Source: Parcubacteria group bacterium GW2011_GWC2_48_17 (GTDB lineage Bacteria > Patescibacteriota > Minisyncoccia > Phycocordibacterales > UBA10002). Taken from it: a DNA stretch of 64,000 bases. Both the position numbers and the translations under genes were made by a program. The stretch lies in contig LCPL01000003.1 of the NCBI GenBank assembly GCA_001003605.1, positions 1,811 through 65,810 of the forward strand, read 5' to 3'. Each line of letters starts with the position of its first letter. Positions within the stretch are counted from its first letter, which is position 1. Below the pieces are notes generated by a model, which was given only the letters and a program-made list of their open reading frames with translations, searched no databases and had not been told where the DNA came from. Shown here in pieces: positions 57,191 through 64,000 of the stretch.

Positions 57191-58087
57191 ATGACACATA
57201 TTGCAATCATCGGCGCCGGAGCCATTGGGCAGGCGCTCGCGCATATTCTGAAGCCAAAAGAACAGGTGGCGATTTTTATGTATGATAAAGACCCTGCGAA
57301 AATTACGCGCTCCGCGCTTTTACTTCCCGAAGCGGTTGCGTCGGCGGACGTCGTGTTTTTGTGCGTACCTTCTTGGGCAATGCGCGAGGCGGTTTTCGAG
57401 ATGAAGCTGCATCTCAAACGAGACGCAATTCTCGTGTCACTCGCGAAAGGAATTGAAGGAGTAAGCAAAAAAACCATGGACGCGCTTCTTAAGGAACTTT
57501 GTCCCACGCACAAAATGGCTATTCTTGGGGGACCGATGCTTGCCGCGGAATTCATGGCCGATCTTCCCGGCGTAGGGTGTTTGGCAACAGAGCAAAGCGG
57601 AGTAGAAAAACTGGTGAAAGAATTGTTCGCGGACACTCTCTTGTCGCTTAAATCAAGCACGGACGTGCGCGGCGTCGCGCTTTCCGGCGTACTCAAAAAT
57701 ATCTACGCGCTCGGACTTGGCATCGCGCAAGGACTTTCGTGGGGGAACAACCAAAAAGGCTGGTATGTTACCAACGCGCTTTCTGAAATGGCCGATATCG
57801 TCGAACTCTTCGGCGGAAAACGCGAAACCGCATACGGACTCTCCGGCGTAGGAGATTTGGTGGCAACTGGATTCAGTCCATACTCGCGGAACAATCATTT
57901 CGGAGAGAAACTTGTCATGACCGGCGTGTGCAATATCAAAAGCGAGGGGAACGCGTCGCTTCCCGCGCTTTCCAGACTTTTGAAGAAACCGCGAGCCGTG
58001 TTTCCGCTTCTTGAAACACTGGAAGATGTTATCTTACGAGGCGCTAATGCAAAAGAACGATTTCCACAATGCATGGCTCGCGCTTGA
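57191..58087 (+). CDS. gpsA: NAD(P)H-dependent glycerol-3-phosphate dehydrogenase
   Basis: GAGAIG, KGIE, LKNIYA, GVGDL, SRN. Confidence 0.87.
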   Translation: MTHIAIIGAGAIGQALAHILKPKEQVAIFMYDKDPAKITRSALLLPEAVASADVVFLCVPSWAMREAVFEMKLHLKRDAILVSLAKGIEGVSKKTMDALLKELCPTHKMAILGGPMLAAEFMADLPGVGCLATEQSGVEKLVKELFADTLLSLKSSTDVRGVALSGVLKNIYALGLGIAQGLSWGNNQKGWYVTNALSEMADIVELFGGKRETAYGLSGVGDLVATGFSPYSRNNHFGEKLVMTGVCNIKSEGNASLPALSRLLKKPRAVFPLLETLEDVILRGANAKERFPQCMARA

Positions 58088-59258
58088 TGTCGGTACGACA
58101 GGCGTAAAGGCATTTGTGTTTGATGAAAACGAACGCGTGCTTTCGCGCGCGTACAAACCGCTTGGAAAGTCGTTTCCCAAAGAGGGGTGGGTGGAGCAAG
58201 AACCGAGAGAAATATGCGAAGCGACTCTCACGGCCGCGAAACAAGCCGTAGCAACCGCGATACCTGCGAGCAAAATGGGCGAGAAGGCAATTCTCGCCAT
58301 TGGAATTGCAAACCAGCGCGAGACTACCATTTTGTGGGACAAGAAAACGGGCGACCCAATCTATCCGGCAATTGTCTGGGAGGATGCGAGGACGAAGGAA
58401 GCATGCGGAGCGCGGAGTGCGGCACATGGCTCCTTGGTTCATGAAAAGACAGGTCTTCCTGTTGACTCGTATTTCTCCGCCTCAAAGATACAGTGGATTC
58501 TTGACCATGTTTCCGACGCTCGCGCGCGAGCGGAGAGAGGAGAACTCTGCTTCGGCACGGTTGATTCGTGGCTTTTGTGGAATCTTGCGGAGGGGCATCC
58601 GCACGTTACCGACTATACGAACGCCTCGCGCACGCTTCTTTTCAATATCAATACGAAGGAGTGGGATGATGAATTACTCTCCTTGTTTGAAGTCCCCCGC
58701 GTCATGCTTCCGGAAGTAAAGCCGTCCGCTTCCAATTTTGGAAATCTTTCACCGAAACTCTTCGGAACAGGTATTCCGATTCGCGCGATAGCAGGCGACC
58801 AACAGGCGAGTCTTTTTGCGGCGGGAGTTGAGGTTGGTACGACAAAAATTACTTTCGGCACGGGTATTTTTATCATGCAGATAATTAAAGACCGATTCCA
58901 ACCGCGTCCTCCATCTACGTTCCTCACAACGCTTGTGGCGGGGAAAAGTGGACGGTCGCTCTTCGCGCTTGAAGCAAAGATAGAATCATGCGCCGCGCGC
59001 GTCACTCCGCTCATTGGCCATGAATCGGAGATGAAAGAGCTTTTAGACAAGTTTGCGGCACGGGTGGCGCGATTTGTCGGAGAGCTCCCGATTCGTCCGA
59101 AGGAACTTATAATCGACGGCGGGGTTACCCAAGCCCCGCATCTTCGGATAGCGTTGAAGCGCGTCACCTTGCTTCCGATTCGCGAGCACGCTATTTTTGA
59201 CGGCACCGCTCTCGGTGTGGCCCGCATTTTGAAAGACTGTTCACCGCGTTCTGGTTGA
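58047..59258 (+). CDS. glpK: glycerol kinase-like FGGY kinase with shortened C-domain
   Basis: DVGTT, NQRETT, YFSASK, TDYTNASRT, GDQQA. Confidence 0.75.
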   Translation: MQKNDFHNAWLALDVGTTGVKAFVFDENERVLSRAYKPLGKSFPKEGWVEQEPREICEATLTAAKQAVATAIPASKMGEKAILAIGIANQRETTILWDKKTGDPIYPAIVWEDARTKEACGARSAAHGSLVHEKTGLPVDSYFSASKIQWILDHVSDARARAERGELCFGTVDSWLLWNLAEGHPHVTDYTNASRTLLFNINTKEWDDELLSLFEVPRVMLPEVKPSASNFGNLSPKLFGTGIPIRAIAGDQQASLFAAGVEVGTTKITFGTGIFIMQIIKDRFQPRPPSTFLTTLVAGKSGRSLFALEAKIESCAARVTPLIGHESEMKELLDKFAARVARFVGELPIRPKELIIDGGVTQAPHLRIALKRVTLLPIREHAIFDGTALGVARILKDCSPRSG

Positions 59259-59433
59259 CCGCTTGTATCTTTCGTGCGCCGTTTTGCTGTCCACAGTTGT
59301 TTTTTAAAAAGCGCAGGAGTAAAGTAAAGTTAATTAGTTTCGATACTCCGAAACTAGACGGAATACTTCCGCCGCCCGCGGTTTTCGACACTTTCCGCGG
59401 GCGGCAGAGCTTCCGGCTTTTACAATCGCAGAT

Positions 59434-59560
59434 ATTCGCGGGCATTGGGGAACGAGGTGTGAATCCTCGACAGTGCCGCTACGGTAATCCGCCTCCGGCG
59501 GAAAGTCCGAGTACCAAACCGCGAATCGTAGGTCCATCGTTCTTCGAAGCAAGGAACGGA
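59434..59560 (+). ncRNA. cobalamin riboswitch
   Basis: GGGAAcgaGGTGtgAATCC..CAGtgCCGCTACGGTAA..AAGTCCGAGTACC; ATTCGCGG/CCGCGAAT closing stem. Confidence 0.85.
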
Positions 59561-59579
59561 CTCCACTCGTCAGGAGACC

Positions 59580-59604
59580 CCCTTGCTTTGTGCAAGGGTT
59601 TTTT
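59580..59604 (+). terminator. riboswitch expression-platform terminator
   Basis: CCCTTGC-TTTGT-GCAAGGG-T6; alternative partner AAGCAAGG at 59547-59554. Confidence 0.78.
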
Positions 59605-59660
59605 CGTGTTCGCGAAAAGCGAGCGCGTGAAGGCCTCTCTCTATAGTTAAGCGCAAACAT

Positions 59661-61298
59661 ATGCTTTCTCACCTCCATAAAAGAATCACTTCTTTTGTCA
59701 TCCTTGCTCTCCTTTTTGCGGCTGTCATTATCCCGGCGTCGCGCCTTTTCGGCGAGGACAGTCCTGGAGTCGCGTATCTAAAAAGCAAACCGCTCTCTCC
59801 ATGGAGCATCATGGCGCTCGCGGCTGTAGGAGAAAACCCGAGCCTTGATTCTCTGAAAGAAACTTCGGCGGAAAAAGCAATTGAGCTTGAAGCGCCGATT
59901 CTCGCTCTTACCGCGGCCGGAAAAAACCCGCGAATCTTTGGGAGCAGTGATTTGATTTCTAAATTGAAGAGTTTTTATGACGGGACGCAACTCGGGGAAA
60001 AAGGCATTCTAAATGACGACATCTTCGGCCTACTCGCGCTCATCGCGAGCGGAGAAAAAGCGGACGATGAGATTATTACAGGCATCAAGAACTTTATTCT
60101 CTCAAAACAAAACGCGGATGGCGGGTTTTCTTTTGCGGTCGGAGGCGAGAGCGATACTAACACAACGGCGGCCGCAATAATGGCACTCCGCTCCGTTGAT
60201 GTTTCTGCAACTGAAGCGGTAATTTCCAAAGCAATTGAATATTTGAAATCGGCCCAAAATGACGACGGCGGATTTCCCTATGACCCCAAAAGCTCGTGGG
60301 GCACGGCATCGGATGCTTCTTCCGATGCGTGGGTGATTATGGCGGCGCGAATCGCCGGCGAAGAACCGACAAACTGGCAGAAAGACGACGCGAATCCCAT
60401 CACGCACCTTGAAGGGCTGAAACAAGAAGGGGGTTTTTATCTTTATCAATCTGGCGGGCAGGAAGACAGCTTTACGCCAGTTACCACCTCTTACGCTCTC
60501 ATCGCGCTTTCAGGAAAAACGCTTCCGGTACGGGTTCTCGTGCCAGAGACGCAAAGCGGAGTTTCTGTTAGCGTGCAAGTGGAAGGGAAGAGCGGGCTTC
60601 TTTGCGATACGGACGCAATCGGAAAGACGGCGCTTGACGCGCTCAAAGTAGCCGCGCAAGTTTGCGCGCTCACATATCACATTCAAACTTCCACGCTCGG
60701 CGATTATGTTGATGAAATTGCCGGCGAAAAAGCATCCGGTTCCGCCGGGTGGCTTTATGCAGTGAACGGAGCTATGCCGAGCGTTGGCGCGAGTTCGTAC
60801 CAATTGAAAGAAGGAGACGCGGTGCGCTGGTATTTCGGAAACTTTGACGGAACATCCGTGAGCGACGCGATTCGCACCGAAGTTTCACTTTCTGTAACAA
60901 TTCCCGCCCTGCCCTCGGGAGGTAATGACGCGCCCGATGGAAATGAGCCGGGCAATGGAAACACAATTTCCATGACGGTTGAGGTAGGCAGGGCGGGAGG
61001 AGCGAGCGGAGGAACCATCGGATTCGGCACTGCGGCTCGGGGGGCGGTCGCGGAGAAAACGATCTCCTTGAAAAACGGCGGAGCAGTCGCGACCGCGCTC
61101 TCTACTTCCGTTTCCGGCGACGCGCTCTTTCGGCGGTATTTGCGGCTTAGCGGCAAATCGTGGCGCGAATACCGAAGCGTGCTCGCGCCAGGCGCAAGTA
61201 CGACGACAGCACTTTCTCTTTCCATTCCAACCGATTACGAGGGGAGCGGCGTTAAAAACGGGATGCTCATTTTTTGGGCAACTCCAGTTGTGCAGTAG
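59661..61298 (+). CDS. exported prenyltransferase-repeat plus DUF4430 protein (putative B12 capture)
   Basis: QNADGGF and QNDDGGF repeats, GWLYAVNG..VGA..L.EGD.V.WY. Confidence 0.8.
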   Translation: MLSHLHKRITSFVILALLFAAVIIPASRLFGEDSPGVAYLKSKPLSPWSIMALAAVGENPSLDSLKETSAEKAIELEAPILALTAAGKNPRIFGSSDLISKLKSFYDGTQLGEKGILNDDIFGLLALIASGEKADDEIITGIKNFILSKQNADGGFSFAVGGESDTNTTAAAIMALRSVDVSATEAVISKAIEYLKSAQNDDGGFPYDPKSSWGTASDASSDAWVIMAARIAGEEPTNWQKDDANPITHLEGLKQEGGFYLYQSGGQEDSFTPVTTSYALIALSGKTLPVRVLVPETQSGVSVSVQVEGKSGLLCDTDAIGKTALDALKVAAQVCALTYHIQTSTLGDYVDEIAGEKASGSAGWLYAVNGAMPSVGASSYQLKEGDAVRWYFGNFDGTSVSDAIRTEVSLSVTIPALPSGGNDAPDGNEPGNGNTISMTVEVGRAGGASGGTIGFGTAARGAVAEKTISLKNGGAVATALSTSVSGDALFRRYLRLSGKSWREYRSVLAPGASTTTALSLSIPTDYEGSGVKNGMLIFWATPVVQ

Positions 61299-61307
61299 CG
61301 CAACGGG

Positions 61308-61460
61308 AAAACACAAATAATTATGAAAGACACAAAACACAGACCGCACAAAAAACCAAACAAAACACAAAACCGTCCAAACTTCGCAAACGCTTCTTCG
61401 TTTGTGCTTTGAGGAACTGTGCTTTGTTTGGTTTTTTGTGGACTGTGTTTTGGAAAGTTT
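61308..61460. repeat. AAAACAC-type periodic inverted repeat
   Basis: CACAAAAAACCAAACAAA vs TTTGTTTGGTTTTTTGTG. Confidence 0.82.
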
Positions 61461-61464
61461 CTTT

Positions 61465-61995
61465 ATGAAAATACGAATTTTAATTTTAAATACCGCTTTG
61501 GTGGCGTTTTCCGTTCCATTTATTACGTCGGCCATTGGCATTTCCGCCACTCCCGCAACACTGTCCGTAAAGACGGTGTCTGGCAAAGAAGGCATTGCGC
61601 GCTTCGTCGTTCTTAACCCCTCCAAGGAAGTCGGACTTTTTGAGGCGTATCCGGAAGAGTTTGAAGAATCCATCACTCTCATTCCAAGTACATTTGTGCT
61701 TGAAGCAGGGAAAAGACGCGAAGTTTTGGTGCGGGCCGGGCGCCGCGAGGTTGGCATTATCCGCACCGCAATCGCGATAGAAGCACAGCGGCTCGGCATT
61801 CCTTCGCTCGGAGTCGGCGGAGGCATTCGCTTGCCGTTTTCTCTCGAGGTGAAGGCTGCTCAAGGTTCTCTTGCGGCAGTTCTCCGGAGCGGTGTCGCGC
61901 CGACGTTCATAACTCTCGTATTGACTGCGCTTGTCTTGCTTAGCGCAGTGTTGTTGTACACATTGAAGCGCGCGGCTCGAAGGGATACACTATGA
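61465..61995 (+). CDS. Ig-like exported protein with C-terminal TM
   Basis: signal peptide, beta-rich core, C-terminal hydrophobic helix. Confidence 0.6.
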   Translation: MKIRILILNTALVAFSVPFITSAIGISATPATLSVKTVSGKEGIARFVVLNPSKEVGLFEAYPEEFEESITLIPSTFVLEAGKRREVLVRAGRREVGIIRTAIAIEAQRLGIPSLGVGGGIRLPFSLEVKAAQGSLAAVLRSGVAPTFITLVLTALVLLSAVLLYTLKRAARRDTL

Positions 61996-62091
61996 CTGCT
62001 AGTTTAGAAGTTATGCAATCAAGAAATTAATCCCCGCCTGCGCCGAGACTTCGGCAGGCAGGCTTAATCATTAACAAAGACAAATTCCACT

Positions 62092-62622
62092 GTGAAGCAG
62101 TCATGGTTAAAACTTGTAGGCGTGTTTGCGTTCAGTTTGCTATTTCGTTTACTCCCAATTCGCCCGCCGAATGTTGAGCTCATTCTTACTAGCCAAATGC
62201 CGGTCGCGAAAGCATATGGCGGTTTTGTTGGTTTTTTCTTTGGCGCCATTTCGATTCTCGCGTTTGATGTAATTACCGGCACTCTCGGGCCATGGTCTCT
62301 TATCACCGCCCCCGCGTATGGTCTTTTAGGCGTTGGAGCGGCATGGTATTTCAAGCGCCGCTCGCGGAAAAAGCACTTTGTATATTTCGCGATTGTTGGA
62401 ACGCTTTTTTATGATGCGTTAACGGGGCTTACCGTAGGACCACTCATCTTCCATCAGCCGTTTCTCGCCGCGGTTCTCGGGCAGATTCCTTTTACGCTAA
62501 TGCATCTTCTTGGGAACGTCGCCTTCGCGCTTCTTTGGAGCGCGTTCCTCCTGCGCTTTTTGCAACCACAAGAAAAGAAAACAGTCCCAGGATTTTTGAC
62601 AATGGGTTTTAGCACTAAATAA
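62092..62622 (+). CDS. ECF transporter S component (CbrT-like)
   Basis: FRLLP.RPPNVE, 6 TM, QIPF..H..GN. Confidence 0.75.
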   Translation: MKQSWLKLVGVFAFSLLFRLLPIRPPNVELILTSQMPVAKAYGGFVGFFFGAISILAFDVITGTLGPWSLITAPAYGLLGVGAAWYFKRRSRKKHFVYFAIVGTLFYDALTGLTVGPLIFHQPFLAAVLGQIPFTLMHLLGNVAFALLWSAFLLRFLQPQEKKTVPGFLTMGFSTK

Positions 62623-62627
62623 TCATC

Positions 62628-64000
62628 ATGCACGAAAGCACGCAATCGACAGTTACCGGAACTATTCACGAGGTTCGCAAACGCGACGGACGCATCGTAC
62701 CGTTCGATATGGCGCGCATCGCGGAGGCGACTTTGCGGGCGTTCAAGGCGGTCGAGGAGGGAAGCGAGGATGACGCGAAGCGAATCGCTTCACTTGTGAG
62801 CGGCGAGCTCATCCGCTTAAAAGGACTTTCTCGCGACCCAAGATTTCTTCCATCAATTGAGCTTATTCAGGATACAGTGGAGGAGGTGCTTATGCGGGAA
62901 GGTTTCGGAAGCACAGCGAAAGCTTATATTCTTTACAGACAGAAGCGCGCGGAACTTAGAGAGAATCGAGGCACTGTTTCGGCGGAAATCAGGGAGCTCG
63001 CGGAAAAAAGCAATCGGTATTTCAGGAATCCGCTCGGCGAATTCGTATACTACCGAAGTTATTCGCGCTGGATTCCAGAAAAAGGAAGACGCGAAACTTG
63101 GATTGAAACCGTAGACCGCTATATGAGCTTTATGAAAGAAACGCTCAAAGATAAACTTCCCGAGAACATCTATGCTGAACTTCGAGAGGGAATTCTAAAT
63201 CATGAGGCAATGCCCTCAATGCGTCTTTTGCAGTTCGCCGGCACTCCAGCGAAAATAACCAACGTATGCGCCTATAACTGTTCTTATATAGCGCCTGAAA
63301 CATTCCAAGACCTCGCGGAAATCATGTACATTTCCATGTGCGGAGGCGGCGCTGGTTGGTCAGTTGAGAGCCAGAATATCGGTAAGTTTCCGCAAATTGC
63401 CATGCAAACCGGCAAGAAACTGCCCACATATATCATTCCAGATAGCAAAGAAGGTTGGTGCGACGCGCTTTCCTTCGCGCTCTCTACATTCGCGTCTGGG
63501 GCGGATGTAGAGTTCGACTATAGTGCTATACGCCCCGCCGGAGCACGCCTCAAAACCATGGGCGGACGCGCGTCCGGTCCCGCGCCGCTCCAGAAACTTC
63601 TTGCCTTCTCTCGCGAGCGAATCTTGAAGCGGCAAGGAAAACGTCTCACGAATCTGGATATTCACGATATCATCTGCATGATTGGAGACTGCGTCGTCGC
63701 CGGCGGCGTGCGCCGAAGCGCGATGATTAGTCTTTCCGACCTCGATGATGAGGCGCTCCGCGACGCGAAAAAGGGAGCTTTCTATGTAACAGAACCGCAG
63801 CGCATGCTTGCGAATAATTCGGCGGTGTATCGGGAAAAGCCGGGAAGCGCGGAATTCATGCGAGAGTGGCTCGCGCTCATGGAGAGCGGGTCCGGGGAGC
63901 GTGGCATCTTTAATCGAGGAATTCTCACGAAGATTCTGCCGGAGCGTCGTTTGCAGGCTCTTCGGGAAGCAGGTGGGTATTTTGACGAATCCGGAAACAC
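62628..64000 (+). CDS. nrdJ: ATP-cone plus class II (AdoCbl) ribonucleotide reductase, runs off the window
   Basis: VRKRDG, YYRSYSR..RRETW.ET, MPSMR, YNCSY, DSKEGW, GGRASGP.PL, VAGGVRRSA, ANNS. Confidence 0.9.
   Translation, partial: MHESTQSTVTGTIHEVRKRDGRIVPFDMARIAEATLRAFKAVEEGSEDDAKRIASLVSGELIRLKGLSRDPRFLPSIELIQDTVEEVLMREGFGSTAKAYILYRQKRAELRENRGTVSAEIRELAEKSNRYFRNPLGEFVYYRSYSRWIPEKGRRETWIETVDRYMSFMKETLKDKLPENIYAELREGILNHEAMPSMRLLQFAGTPAKITNVCAYNCSYIAPETFQDLAEIMYISMCGGGAGWSVESQNIGKFPQIAMQTGKKLPTYIIPDSKEGWCDALSFALSTFASGADVEFDYSAIRPAGARLKTMGGRASGPAPLQKLLAFSRERILKRQGKRLTNLDIHDIICMIGDCVVAGGVRRSAMISLSDLDDEALRDAKKGAFYVTEPQRMLANNSAVYREKPGSAEFMREWLALMESGSGERGIFNRGILTKILPERRLQALREAGGYFDESGN

Noticed and set aside
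59366-59405. GC hairpin upstream of the B12 riboswitch as a second riboswitch
   Set aside because: Only a single stem with no aptamer consensus, lying upstream of a TACAAT -10.

Overview
Bacterial chromosome segment, standard genetic code. Gene content and style suggest Patescibacteria/CPR (Parcubacteria-like); this is inference. Core genes: ftsE-ftsX-pyrG, class I aldolase, IMPase/FBPase, nfo, nrdAB with class Ic signatures, zwf-gnd-pgi/pmi, dapA, a sigma-70 factor, gpsA and a shortened glpK. Also present: two tRNA-Gln(CTG), a CsoR-controlled copper cluster, and a cobalamin-riboswitch locus ending in a class II RNR. Accessory parts: a nested type II R-M island next to tRNA-Gln, two GIY-YIG genes embedded in REP-like repeats (one reading into a tRNA), a lone PafA/Dop-family gene bracketed by 92-bp inverted repeats, an island flanked by a duplicated nfo 3' end, a ParB-N three-gene operon, and a 1701-aa protein with ART-like and class I nucleotidyltransferase domains. 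Strongest leads: (1) an apparent lysine-codon leader-peptide attenuator upstream of dapA; (2) the repeat-bracketed orphan PafA/Dop; (3) the giant ART-like/NTase protein; (4) several short palindromic or 7-bp-periodic repeat families that fill intergenic gaps and also sit in-frame inside pyrG, ybhB, gnd and the copper ATPase. All family calls come from motif recognition by eye; no database searches were run.
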